Below are positions 1-9,576 of a stretch of DNA of 64,000 nt, one piece after another. This DNA comes from Bacteroidales bacterium (lineage in GTDB: Bacteria > Bacteroidota > Bacteroidia > Bacteroidales > P3): assembly GCA_017524785.1 (NCBI GenBank), contig JAFXUY010000063.1, positions 586-64,585 on the forward strand. The letters are read 5' to 3'. Position 1 is the first letter of the stretch. Every line of letters starts with the position of its first letter. The notes under the pieces were generated by a model that ran no database searches, was not told the DNA's origin, and worked only from the letters and a program-made list of their open reading frames with translations. Made by a program: the position numbers and the translations under genes.

Positions 1-2001
1 CACTATTATGCGACCATCGGCCGACCACACTCCGGTTTTAATCTTTTCTTCAACGAAGAGCGCTTCAATATAAGTATCCTCCTGCACCTTGATATACCGG
101 GGATTGCTTGTGTCGCCATCGCTCCATCGCTCAAACATGTATCTTGGCTTTGCTATGGCCCGCACTCCCGCTATGTCGTCTTCGCAACGTGGAAGGAACA
201 GGGTGTCTACCGTACCCCGTGACGGGTCGGTAGTTATGGCCCATAGTTCATGCATCTTGCTTCCCGTCACGTTGAGGCTTGACCAGTAAGGTGCGCTTTC
301 GTAGGCAGGCGCATAGCTGCACGGCACCAGTATTTCACAGCCGTTATCATCGGGGGAGAATGTGGTAGCATCGATAATTGGAGGGTTGGGGGCAAATGCC
401 TTGACACGCTTTAAATACCCGGTGCCGAAGGCTCTTTTACCTATGCGTTGCAACCCTCTGCCCAGGCTGACGTCCTTTAATCTGCTGTATGCAAAGGCGT
501 CGTCGCCAATAGTATGTACCGAATCGGGAACAACAATCGAGCTTATCCTGAGACCCTCACACAGGTTTGCAGGTATGACCTTCACATTTTCGCCGATGAT
601 GAAAGATGTTACGTTTTCGCTGAATGGAATGTCTTTCACCGAACAGCTGTCGGCATTCCACCGAATGGTTTTAATCTTGTCGCATTGGGCAAAAGAGCGA
701 TATCGTATTTGTTTCAGCCTGCGGGGTATCGTAATCGAGGTCATGCCGCAACCCATAAACGCAGAATCGCCAATAAACGTCAACGAACCAGGGAAAGCCA
801 CGCTATCCAAAGAACCGCACTTATAGAAGGCCAGAGCACCTATGCTCTCCACAGAATCGTGCATATAAACAGTCTTCAGGCTGCCAATACCTGAACATAC
901 GCGTACCGGAATGTTTTTCACACTCTCGCCGAAAGAGACACTCTTTATATTGTTGCAGTTCACAAATGCACCGATAGTACCCATTTCCCCTGCCACGATG
1001 CAGCTGTCGGCATTGAATGCGATTGAATCCAGATTGCTGCAGTAGTAAAACGCATTGTTCCTGATGCGTTTTATATGCCACGGAATTGTCAACGTAGTCA
1101 GGTTGTGGCAGCAGTTAAAAGCCCAAGCTCCAATGTCGGCCACCGTCGTCGGGAAGGTCGTTCCGCCGCATCCCATTATTAGTTGGTTGTCTGCTGTCCT
1201 GATTACGGCGTTGCAATTGTCTCTGCTGTCGAAAACCGTGTTGCCGGTATCGACAACTATCGTCGTCAGGTGGTCGCAATTGGCGAAGGGCGAAAGGCCA
1301 AAACTCTCTACCGACCTGCCAATTGTCACCGACTCCACCCCACTGTAACGGAAGGCTTCGTCTCCGACAGCAGTCACAGACTTGCCAATCACTACGGAAG
1401 TTAAAGCGGAACAGGACTGGAAGGCTCTGTTTCCGATAGTGACCACCAAATCGGGAATTGTCAATGAAAACGACCCAGACATGCCTGCACAAAGACTGCC
1501 CGGTATGACCTTCACGTTCTCTCCAATCACGAAACTGTCCACATTGGAGAAATCGGAAAAAGGATAGTATACCCAGACGCAGCTGTCGGCGTTGAACACA
1601 ACCGTTGTCACACCATCACATAGACCAAAAGCATCTTCCGCAATTGTAGCCACTCGCCGGGGTATGGTGATAGATGTCAAACCGCTGCAATAATAGAATG
1701 CGCCCGCATCGATACTGACCAACGTGTTGGGCAATGTCACCGATGTCATGTCGACACATAGTCTGAAGACATAATCACCGATACCTGTGACCACATAGGT
1801 CGTTGTGCCGTCGCTGACGCTGTCGGGAATTATCAAGTCGCCCTCCAAACGGTAACCCTCATAATCAGTCACCCATACCGTGCCACTGCTCATTATCGTA
1901 TAATACAGGTTGTGCCCACTCGGTGACACGGCCGAGAACCCTTCGGCGTAGGAGCAGCACGCAACCGCCATCATTACTACAATGGAAAACAACTTTTTCA
2001 T
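1..2001 (-). CDS. BspA-type leucine-rich-repeat surface protein, partial (C-terminus lies beyond the left edge)
   Basis: Reverse-strand ATG at 2001-1999 gives MKKLFSIVVMMAVACCSYAEG (signal peptide). I spot-translated six segments, including the one reaching nt 1, and found no stop; the ORF is also absent from the track, consistent with a frame that runs off the edge. Repeated units such as VTLPNTLVSIDAGAFYYCSGLTSITIP are typical of BspA-like LRRs. Confidence 0.8.
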   Translation of the reverse strand, partial: MKKLFSIVVMMAVACCSYAEGFSAVSPSGHNLYYTIMSSGTVWVTDYEGYRLEGDLIIPDSVSDGTTTYVVTGIGDYVFRLCVDMTSVTLPNTLVSIDAGAFYYCSGLTSITIPRRVATIAEDAFGLCDGVTTVVFNADSCVWVYYPFSDFSNVDSFVIGENVKVIPGSLCAGMSGSFSLTIPDLVVTIGNRAFQSCSALTSVVIGKSVTAVGDEAFRYSGVESVTIGRSVESFGLSPFANCDHLTTIVVDTGNTVFDSRDNCNAVIRTADNQLIMGCGGTTFPTTVADIGAWAFNCCHNLTTLTIPWHIKRIRNNAFYYCSNLDSIAFNADSCIVAGEMGTIGAFVNCNNIKSVSFGESVKNIPVRVCSGIGSLKTVYMHDSVESIGALAFYKCGSLDSVAFPGSLTFIGDSAFMGCGMTSITIPRRLKQIRYRSFAQCDKIKTIRWNADSCSVKDIPFSENVTSFIIGENVKVIPANLCEGLRISSIVVPDSVHTIGDDAFAYSRLKDVSLGRGLQRIGKRAFGTGYLKRVKAFAPNPPIIDATTFSPDDNGCEILVPCSYAPAYESAPYWSSLNVTGSKMHELWAITTDPSRGTVDTLFLPRCEDDIAGVRAIAKPRYMFERWSDGDTSNPRYIKVQEDTYIEALFVEEKIKTGVWSADGRIIV

Positions 2002-2026
2002 ATGCTTTGTGGCTTTTGTTTGACTG

Positions 2027-3313
2027 TCAAATCATCAATTTGAGTAAATCCTGGCCGATGTCGCGACGGTAGTATTTGCCGTCCCATTCTATCGTGTGTA
2101 CACGATTGTAGCTCTTCATCAGGGCTTCGGGAAGCGTGTCGGCGAGGGCGGTGGCGCAGATTACGCGGCCGCCGTTGGTGAGCAGCGTGCCGTCGGCACC
2201 ATGCTTGGTGCCACAGTGGAACACGATGACATCCTCCTGTTCTTCGCCCAGGCTGATAACCTTGCCTTTCTCGTAAGCTTCGGGGTAGCCACCAGCCACC
2301 ATCATCACGCAGGCCGCCGTACGCGGGTCGACCTTGAGCGAGCAGCGGTCGAGGGTGCCGCGGGCGGTGTTCTCGAAGAGTTCCACTATGTCGCTCTTGA
2401 TGCGCGGGAAGACGCTCTCGGTCTCGGGGTCACCCATGCGCACATTGTACTCGATGACATAGGGGTCGCCGCCGCAATTCATTAGGCCAACAAAGATGAA
2501 GCCGTGGTAGTCTATCTTCTCGTCGCGCAGGCCGCGGACTGTGGGCTTCACAATACGCTCCTCGACCTTCTTCATAAACTCCTTGTCGGCAAACGGGACG
2601 GGACTGATGGAACCCATGCCGCCGGTGTTGAGACCGGTATCCTTTTCGCCGATGCGCTTGTAGTCCTTGGCAGAGGGCAGCAACAGATAGTGCTGGCCGT
2701 CGGTGAGTACAAAAACACTGAGTTCTATGCCGCTCAAGTACTCTTCAATTACCACGCTGGCCGATGCATCGCCGAACTTGCCGCCAAGCATCTCGGCGAG
2801 GTGGGCCTTGGCGGTGGCCAAATCCTGCTCGATTAGCACTCCCTTGCCGGCGGCCAGACCGTCGGCCTTAAGCACGTAGGGAGCCTGTAGGGTGTCGAGG
2901 AAAGCCTGACCCTCCTTGAGGGTGGCGGCGGTGAAGGTCTGGTAGCGTGCCGTGGGGATACTGTGGCGCTGCATGAATGCTTTCGCATAGTCCTTGCTGC
3001 CTTCGAGCATGGCGCCGGCGCAACTGGGTCCTATCACCAGGACACCTTTCAGGGCCGGTTCCTGGGCAAAATAGTCGGCTATGCCGGCCACCAGAGGTGC
3101 CTCGGGACCCACAACAACCATCTCCACGTGGTGCTCCTGCACAAATTGGCCCACGGCAGCGAAGTCCTCGGCCTTGAGGGCCACATTCTCGCCAGCAGCT
3201 GCCGTACCGGCGTTGCCGGGGGCTATAAACAGGCGCGTGCAACGCGTGCTCTGTGCTATCTTCCATGCAATGGCGTGCTCGCGGCCGCCCGATCCTAGCA
3301 AAAGTATGTTCAT
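2027..3313 (-). CDS. purD: phosphoribosylamine--glycine ligase
   Basis: MNILLLGSGGREHAIAWKIAQS N-terminus and an ATP-grasp core. I place the start at ATG 3313; the TTG at 3352 sits next to the TAnnTTTG box (3357-3364), so it is probably not translated. Confidence 0.93.
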   Translation of the reverse strand: MNILLLGSGGREHAIAWKIAQSTRCTRLFIAPGNAGTAAAGENVALKAEDFAAVGQFVQEHHVEMVVVGPEAPLVAGIADYFAQEPALKGVLVIGPSCAGAMLEGSKDYAKAFMQRHSIPTARYQTFTAATLKEGQAFLDTLQAPYVLKADGLAAGKGVLIEQDLATAKAHLAEMLGGKFGDASASVVIEEYLSGIELSVFVLTDGQHYLLLPSAKDYKRIGEKDTGLNTGGMGSISPVPFADKEFMKKVEERIVKPTVRGLRDEKIDYHGFIFVGLMNCGGDPYVIEYNVRMGDPETESVFPRIKSDIVELFENTARGTLDRCSLKVDPRTAACVMMVAGGYPEAYEKGKVISLGEEQEDVIVFHCGTKHGADGTLLTNGGRVICATALADTLPEALMKSYNRVHTIEWDGKYYRRDIGQDLLKLMI

Positions 3314-3356
3314 AGTCAGTCTGTTTTTATTGGCTATAGTCCGCCGTTTCAAATTG

Positions 3357-3364
3357 CAAAAATA
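3357..3364 (-). promoter_or_regulatory. Bacteroidota -7 promoter box TATTTTTG upstream of purD
   Basis: The reverse complement of CAAAAATA matches the TAnnTTTG consensus, about 45 nt upstream of the purD ATG. Confidence 0.6.
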
Positions 3365-3538
3365 CTACATTTTTTTCAACCTGCAAGAAAAAAAACGCCA
3401 CCCCGCCAAATTGACCGTCCTGTAACAGAGAATGCATCACGCCAGCAGTCAACGTTCCCCAAAAAGCGAAAAGGGGGTCAGACAAGGGTATCGTAGGGGA
3501 TGACACAGCATGAAATTTTAGTTTTAAAATAGTAAAGA

Positions 3539-3763
3539 CAATATGTTAAAATTACTATCTCCTACCATAGTTATTTTTGATAATGGGCATATATAGACAG
3601 GGGTAAGAGTTGGTAAAGAGATAGTACTGTGTCATAGGCAGTTAAGTGTCAACCTATGGGCTATCACACACTGATACAGAATGTTATATACATTTTTGAC
3701 GCTATAACTAATTGATTTCCAATAGAGGATTGATGGTGCAGAAAAGAGGGTCTGAAATGTTAA
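3539..3763 (-). repeat. ~235-bp dispersed structured intergenic element, copy C (225 bp, reverse orientation)
   Basis: The reverse complement aligns with 22695-22929 and 35907-36141. Shared blocks are TTAACAT, TATTGGAAATCA, TCTGTATCAGTG, TAACTGCCTATGACACAG and CTCTTAC. Confidence 0.8.
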
Positions 3764-3798
3764 AAAAAGGTAGTGCCGCACGGTATAATTTTTTTTCG

Positions 3799-3806
3799 TA
3801 TCTTTG
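3799..3806 (+). promoter_or_regulatory. Bacteroidota -7 promoter box TATCTTTG upstream of pyrK
   Basis: TTTTTTCGTATCTTTGCA is a phrase that recurs upstream of several genes in this window. It lies 28 nt before ATG 3834. Confidence 0.65.
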
Positions 3807-3833
3807 CAGCGTGATTCATATCCATCACATATC

Positions 3834-4607
3834 ATGAAAGAGATACACAACTTCACCATTACCGAACGCCGCCAACACGGCGCACAGTATTTCTCGCTGG
3901 TGCTACAGCATGCTGGTTGCATGCAGCCTGTCGTGCCAGGTCAATTCGTCGAGGTGCTGGTAGAGGGCTGTCGAGAAGTGATGCTCCGTCGCCCAATATC
4001 CGTGCACGACGTCGACGAAAAAGCGGGCACGATGACCCTGCTCATACAGATTGTCGGCAACGGCACCCGTCAGCTGAACACCCTCAAGGTCGGCGACAGC
4101 CTCAACGTGGTCTACCCCTTGGGGCATGGGTTCAGCGTCGAGGCTGCAGGGCAACAGCCACTCCTCGTGGGTGGTGGAGCGGGCATAGCCCCACTGCTGC
4201 ACCTGGCCAAAGTGCTTGCAAGCAAAGGTATTAAGCCCACCGTACTGCTGGGAGGCCGCACCGCAAGCCTTATCCCCGTGCAAGACGAGTTTCTGCCCTA
4301 TGCCAACGTACTTGTGGCCACCGACGACGGCACGCTGGGGCACCACGGCATAGTGACGACCCATCCTGCTTTCGCGCAGAACTACAGCATGATTTACACC
4401 TGCGGCCCAACCCCGATGATGAAGGCTGTGGCACGTTCGGCTGCCGAGCGAGGCATACGCTGCGAGGTGAGCTTGGAGAACATGATGGCATGCGGAGTGG
4501 GAGCCTGCCTCTGCTGTGTCACCGACATCGACCAAGGACACCGCTGCGTATGCAAGGACGGCCCTGTGTTCGACATCGCCGCGATGAAGAAATGGTACCT
4601 CCAATAG
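3834..4607 (+). CDS. pyrK: dihydroorotate dehydrogenase electron-transfer subunit
   Basis: Ferredoxin-reductase-like protein ending in a Cys cluster (CGVGACLCCV...HRCVC) typical of the 2Fe-2S site. It lies directly upstream of pyrD class 1B. Confidence 0.85.
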   Translation: MKEIHNFTITERRQHGAQYFSLVLQHAGCMQPVVPGQFVEVLVEGCREVMLRRPISVHDVDEKAGTMTLLIQIVGNGTRQLNTLKVGDSLNVVYPLGHGFSVEAAGQQPLLVGGGAGIAPLLHLAKVLASKGIKPTVLLGGRTASLIPVQDEFLPYANVLVATDDGTLGHHGIVTTHPAFAQNYSMIYTCGPTPMMKAVARSAAERGIRCEVSLENMMACGVGACLCCVTDIDQGHRCVCKDGPVFDIAAMKKWYLQ

Positions 4608-4646
4608 TACAAGTAGACAGAAGTTAATTAAGTTAAGACAATAGTT

Positions 4647-5546
4647 ATGCTTTCAGTCAACATACACAACCTGAGCCTCAAGAACCCGGTGATGACCGCC
4701 AGCGGCACCTTCGGCTACGGCGAGGAGTTCGCCGACTTTATCGACTTGAACCGCCTGGGCGGCTTTGTCGTCAAAGGCACCACAGGCAGCCACCGCGAGG
4801 GCAACCCCTACCCCCGTATGGTGGAAACCCCGTCGGGCATGCTCAACTCGGTGGGCCTGCAGAATGGCGGCGTGGAGAAATTCTGCACCGAAGTATATCA
4901 TAGAATCAAGTATTTAGACACCAACATCATTGTCAACGTCAGCGGTTCGAGCATCGAAGAATACTGCGATGTAGCGTCGCAGATTGACGAACTTGAGAAA
5001 ATTCCAGCCATCGAGCTTAACATATCGTGCCCCAACGTAAAATGTGGTGGCATGGGATTTGGCACAGACCCCAAGATGGCCGCCCAAGTGGTGGAGGCTG
5101 TACGCAAGGTATACCACAAGACGCTGATAGTGAAGCTTTCGCCCAATGTCACCAGCATTGTAGAGATAGCCAAAGCCGTCGAGGGTGCCGGCGCCGACAG
5201 CGTGAGCCTCATCAACACCCTGCTTGGCATGGCCATCGACATCGAACGCCGCCGTCCCTACATGGCCAACATCACCGGAGGCTTGAGTGGTCCCGCGGTG
5301 AAACCAGTGGCAGTGCGCATGGTGTGGCAGGTGGCACATGCCGTCAAGGTTCCAGTTATCGGTCTAGGTGGTATATGCACTTCCGCTGACGCTATAGAGT
5401 TCCTGATGGCCGGCGCAACGGCCATTGAGGTGGGCACCGCCAACTTCATCGACCCAGCCGTCACCATCAAGATCATCGACGGCATGGAGGCTTGGTGCAA
5501 GAAGCATGGAATCAAAGATATAAATGAGATTATCGGCATAGTATGA
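4647..5546 (+). CDS. pyrD: dihydroorotate dehydrogenase (class 1B catalytic subunit)
   Basis: [22 protein letters not shown] and NISCPN motifs; 299 aa. Confidence 0.92.
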   Translation: MLSVNIHNLSLKNPVMTASGTFGYGEEFADFIDLNRLGGFVVKGTTGSHREGNPYPRMVETPSGMLNSVGLQNGGVEKFCTEVYHRIKYLDTNIIVNVSGSSIEEYCDVASQIDELEKIPAIELNISCPNVKCGGMGFGTDPKMAAQVVEAVRKVYHKTLIVKLSPNVTSIVEIAKAVEGAGADSVSLINTLLGMAIDIERRRPYMANITGGLSGPAVKPVAVRMVWQVAHAVKVPVIGLGGICTSADAIEFLMAGATAIEVGTANFIDPAVTIKIIDGMEAWCKKHGIKDINEIIGIV

Positions 5547-6385
5547 TACTCGTTGCCGACAGCGGGAGCACCAAGACCTCATGGGCGGTTACAGGCACTG
5601 AAAACAAGATTGTTACCGAAGGTCTGAACCCCCATTTCACATCCGACGAGACCTTTATGGCAGTATGCCAGAAGGTGCGACAGCATTTTTCAACTTTCAA
5701 TCTTCAACCTTCAATCTTTTTCTATGGTGCGGGCTGCGGAAACCCGACCCAACACAAACGTGCAGAACATCTGCTGAGCAAAGCCTTCGACACCGAAAAA
5801 ATCACTGTCGAGACCGATATGCTTGGCGCATGCCGTGCCGCAAGCGGCCATGAGGCTAGCCTCGTTGGCATCCTCGGTACCGGCAGTAACGCCTGCTACT
5901 ACGATGGCACATGCATCAAATGCCAGCCAACAAGCACGGGATATATCCTTGGCGACAAAGGATCGGCCAATCATGTGGGCCGCATACTGCTCAACGACTA
6001 CCTGACGCACCGCATGCCCGCCAAAACAAGACGTCTGTTCCACGACAAGTTCCAACAATCCGATACCAAGCTGATGGATGCAGTGTATCATATGGCAAAC
6101 GCCAACCGCTTCCTTGCATCGCTGGCCCCCTTCGCTGTAGAACATCAGAACGATGACGATTATTGCGGCGAGGTTATATGGAGTGCACTACACGACTGGT
6201 ATTTCGACCCGCTACAGACCCTGCGCCAACGCGCACGATACCCGGAGGGCACCTTGAATATTGTGGGAGGTTTCGCCAAGGCCATAGAACCCACCCTTAG
6301 ACGCTATTTCAAGGACAGTGGACTGACCGTCGGAAACATCATTGCCGACCCGATGAAAGGGTTGTTGGCATACCATTCCACATAA
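5543..6385 (+). CDS. BadF/BadG/BcrA/BcrD-type ATPase (N-acetylglucosamine-kinase-like)
   Basis: [16 protein letters not shown] and ILGTGSN sugar-kinase/ASKHA phosphate motifs. ATGA overlap with the pyrD stop. Confidence 0.7.
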   Translation: MILVADSGSTKTSWAVTGTENKIVTEGLNPHFTSDETFMAVCQKVRQHFSTFNLQPSIFFYGAGCGNPTQHKRAEHLLSKAFDTEKITVETDMLGACRAASGHEASLVGILGTGSNACYYDGTCIKCQPTSTGYILGDKGSANHVGRILLNDYLTHRMPAKTRRLFHDKFQQSDTKLMDAVYHMANANRFLASLAPFAVEHQNDDDYCGEVIWSALHDWYFDPLQTLRQRARYPEGTLNIVGGFAKAIEPTLRRYFKDSGLTVGNIIADPMKGLLAYHST

Positions 6386-6422
6386 TCGAACAACATTCTT
6401 TTCGGCACAAATCATTTTTTTT

Positions 6423-6450
6423 AATCGGCGTGCGCCGATTCTATTTTTTT
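6423..6450 (+). terminator. rho-independent terminator
   Basis: AATCGGC-gtgc-GCCGATT hairpin followed by CTATTTTTTT. Confidence 0.75.
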
Positions 6451-6595
6451 GTCATTTTGCAAACCTTTGTCTAACAGCCATTCTTGGCAACTATCTTCTT
6501 CTATACTTCTTCTTTTACTCTTCAAATATTTTTTTGATTTACACAATAAAAAAAACATTGTTGCGTTTCCCTAACAGAATAAAAACAGCATAGAA

Positions 6596-7390
6596 ATGGG
6601 CAAAATCTATCAAGGAATCGATGGGCCATTCAGCGGCAAAGTAGGTCCGGTGGTTGGCTATATGTGGAAGCACCGTGCATGCATCCGAAGCTATCGGAGC
6701 CATGTAAACTATCCGGACACTGCCAACCAACAACAGCAGCGCAACTGGTTTGTGGGTATGGTGCGATTTGCGTCGCAAGCCACACAGGCGCTACGCCTAG
6801 GGCTAGCACGACAAGCGGAAGCTGCCCGAATGACGGAAGGAAACTACTTCATCCTTAAAAACAAACAGCACTTCCACAGAGATTCGGACGGAGTGCAGAT
6901 TGACTACAGCAAACTGCAGATAGCCTGTGGTACAGCAACCGATGTCTACTTCCACAAGCCAAAGTTCGAAGAGCACGAGACCGTAGTGATTGATTTCGAG
7001 AAAAATGCCCTATCGCTCAAAGCCTCGGCCGACGACAGTGTATACATTTATTTGTATACGCCAAACAACGCAGAAGGTCTTTTGGCAAAACCTGTGGCCC
7101 GTCGCAGCAAACAGGTGCGCATTGCGTTACCCGAAAGCTGGTCGGGTCAAGAGGTACACCTGTACGGCTTTGTGATAGACCGCGACGGCAAAGCCTCGAA
7201 CAGCACTTATATTGGTGTTGGACGCGTGAACCACTACGAAGAACGGGGACGCTACATTCCAATTGACAATAACTGGCAGGAGTTCGTCGAACTGGCACAT
7301 GTGAGCGATGTGAATGACGACGAAACAGCCATAACAACAACCCTAGAAACACAACCCAGAGAGGCAAAAGAGCCACCTGAAGTGCCATGA
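6596..7390 (+). CDS. hypothetical protein (possibly DUF6266-like)
   Basis: 264-aa ORF starting MGKIYQGIDGPFSGKVGPVVGYMWK. The family assignment is from memory only and is weak. Confidence 0.55.
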   Translation: MGKIYQGIDGPFSGKVGPVVGYMWKHRACIRSYRSHVNYPDTANQQQQRNWFVGMVRFASQATQALRLGLARQAEAARMTEGNYFILKNKQHFHRDSDGVQIDYSKLQIACGTATDVYFHKPKFEEHETVVIDFEKNALSLKASADDSVYIYLYTPNNAEGLLAKPVARRSKQVRIALPESWSGQEVHLYGFVIDRDGKASNSTYIGVGRVNHYEERGRYIPIDNNWQEFVELAHVSDVNDDETAITTTLETQPREAKEPPEVP

Positions 7391-7503
7391 CACATAGATT
7401 GACCTCAAAATTACATATCATACTATATCACTGTTAACATGACAGATAGACCGTCACGACTCGTGGTTTGTCACTTTTTTTTTGCCAATTCGGAAAAAAG
7501 TAG

Positions 7504-7511
7504 TACTTTTG
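7504..7511 (+). promoter_or_regulatory. -7 promoter box TACTTTTG upstream of the tRNA-Lys pair
   Basis: Matches TAnnTTTG, 36 nt before the first tRNA. Confidence 0.55.
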
Positions 7512-7546
7512 CAAACTCTTTTTGAGGGCATAATGCCTGCAAAAAT

Positions 7547-7619
7547 GACTCAGTAGCTCAGTAGGTAGAGCACAACACTTTTAATGTTGGGGTCCTGGGT
7601 TCGAGCCCCAGCTGGGTCA
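7547..7619 (+). tRNA. tRNA-Lys (anticodon UUU)
   Basis: Cloverleaf read by hand: acceptor GACTCAG/CTGGGTC, D arm GCTC..GAGC, anticodon stem CAACA/TGTTG with loop CTTTTAA, T arm CTGGG-TTCGAGC-CCCAG, discriminator A. Confidence 0.93.
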
Positions 7620-7645
7620 CAAAACAACCAGTCAGCACTGACACT

Positions 7646-7718
7646 GACTCAGTAGCTCAGCAGGTAGAGCACAACACTTTTAATGTTGGGGTCCTGGGTT
7701 CGAGCCCCAGCTGGGTCA
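7646..7718 (+). tRNA. tRNA-Lys (anticodon UUU), tandem second copy
   Basis: Identical to the first copy except for one D-loop base (AGCAGGTA versus AGTAGGTA). Confidence 0.93.
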
Positions 7719-7731
7719 CAAAACAACAAAC

Positions 7732-7758
7732 AACCGGATTCAAGGGTCCGGTTTTTTT
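7732..7758 (+). terminator. rho-independent terminator after the tRNA pair
   Basis: AACCGGA-ttcaaggg-TCCGGTT followed by a T run. Confidence 0.75.
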
Positions 7759-7764
7759 GTAGCA

Positions 7765-9576
7765 ATGCGAAAGTATATACTACTGGTAACATGGTGTTTG
7801 GCCATAACAACGGCAGCATTAGCCCAGCAGACAAACGAACAGCTGGCGGCTTACTACTATGACCATGGCGAATATGCCCAAGCAGCACAGCTGTACGAAA
7901 ATCTGTATAAACAAACCGACAACAAATACTATTACCAGCGTCTGCTTTCAACATATATCCAACTGGAACAATACCGTGACGCCACGCGCCTAGTAGAGCG
8001 CCGCCGGAAAAACAATAGCAAAGACCTTTACCTATATGTTGACGAGGGAAGCATATACCTGAAGCAAAAACAGGAAAAGAACGCGCAGAAGTGCTTTGAA
8101 AAGGCCATAGACGCCATCACATCAAATCTGCAACCAATCCCCGACCTGGCAATGGCATTCCTATCTATAGGGAAGCCCAACTACGCAGCCCTTACATATC
8201 TGAAAGCAAGGGAGAAAACCCGTAACCGACAATTGTACTTCAACGAACTTGTAGGTGTATACCAACAAATGGGCAACTACAAGGCCATGACAGACGAATA
8301 TTTCGACCTATTAGATCATGCCCCTAGCATGATGCACTCGATACAGATATCGATGCAGCGAGCCCTGCAAGAAGCCCCAGATGAACGGTTGTCGGACGGA
8401 GTAAAACAAGCTTTGGTTAGCCGCGTGCAGGAGCATCCTGAAAACAAGACATATCTCGAGATGATGATTTGGTTTGCTCTGCAACAAAAAGACTTCCTTT
8501 TTGCCATGGAGCAGGCCGAAGCTGTCGACGCCCGATTCCCTGACATTGGCAGCTCACAACTGATACGCGTGGCTCAAATAGCGCAGAACAACGACGACTA
8601 CGCAGTGGCCGCCATAGGATACAAAAAGCTCATCAACAAGGGCAAAGACAGCCCCTACTATTTTGATGCACGTGTAGGGGAGCTTGAGGTTGAGTATGCT
8701 CAAATAAACCAAAATTACACTATCGACACCAAAAGCCTAACAGAACTGAAAGAGAAGTATCTAGCAGCCTTTGACGAACTAGGCAAGAACGAGAAGACCA
8801 TACCACTAATGCGCAACTATGCCACCTTAATAGCCTACCACGGCAACGATGCCCAATCAGCCGTCGACATGCTTGACGATGCATTGGAAATACCAAGACT
8901 GAAGCCGCAACTACGCGACGAAATAAAACTTGAACTGGGCGACCTACTACTTTTTGTCGGTCAGACTTGGGATGCATCGCTCCTATACATGCAGGTGGAA
9001 AAAGCCAACAAAAATGATGTGCTGGGTGCAATGGGGAAATTCAAGAACGCACAACTGTCATACTACAACCACGACTTTGAATGGAGCAAATCGCAACTAA
9101 ACGTGCTTCGCTCGTCAACAAGCAAACTGATAGCTAACGACGCCATGGAACTTTCGCTGCTCATTTCCGACAACATGGAAGACGACAGCACATATGGTAT
9201 GCTGGAAATCTTTGCAGATGCCGACCTGATGCTTTACCGCAACATGCTTGATTCTGCCTGGGATGCATTTGAAAACGTCAGTAGACACGCTATGTCGCAC
9301 CCTCTTCTAGACGAAGTTCTTATGCGCAAGGCACAAATACGCATGAAACAAGGACGTTACATCGAGGCAGACTCACTCTTACAACGACTGGTGGACTTTT
9401 ACCCAACAGACATAACAGCCGACGATGCATTGATTATGCAAGCCGAACTCAATGAAGAAAAACTTAACAACCCTCAAAAAGCACTGGAGTGCTATGAGAA
9501 AATAATGCTCGATTATCCGACCAGTCTGTATGCTGATCAGGCACGCAAACGCTATAATATTCTGAAGAAAAGATGA
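7765..9576 (+). CDS. tetratricopeptide-repeat protein with signal peptide
   Basis: 603 aa. N-terminus MRKYILLVTWCLAITTAALAQQ, then repeated A..Y......Y..A TPR-like helices. Confidence 0.75.
   Translation: MRKYILLVTWCLAITTAALAQQTNEQLAAYYYDHGEYAQAAQLYENLYKQTDNKYYYQRLLSTYIQLEQYRDATRLVERRRKNNSKDLYLYVDEGSIYLKQKQEKNAQKCFEKAIDAITSNLQPIPDLAMAFLSIGKPNYAALTYLKAREKTRNRQLYFNELVGVYQQMGNYKAMTDEYFDLLDHAPSMMHSIQISMQRALQEAPDERLSDGVKQALVSRVQEHPENKTYLEMMIWFALQQKDFLFAMEQAEAVDARFPDIGSSQLIRVAQIAQNNDDYAVAAIGYKKLINKGKDSPYYFDARVGELEVEYAQINQNYTIDTKSLTELKEKYLAAFDELGKNEKTIPLMRNYATLIAYHGNDAQSAVDMLDDALEIPRLKPQLRDEIKLELGDLLLFVGQTWDASLLYMQVEKANKNDVLGAMGKFKNAQLSYYNHDFEWSKSQLNVLRSSTSKLIANDAMELSLLISDNMEDDSTYGMLEIFADADLMLYRNMLDSAWDAFENVSRHAMSHPLLDEVLMRKAQIRMKQGRYIEADSLLQRLVDFYPTDITADDALIMQAELNEEKLNNPQKALECYEKIMLDYPTSLYADQARKRYNILKKR

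Noticed and set aside
7547-7718. The tandem tRNA-Lys pair as a possible integration hotspot or island boundary.
   Set aside because: No integrase, direct repeat of the tRNA 3' end, or compositional shift lies next to it. The flanking genes are ordinary and the pair has its own promoter and terminator.
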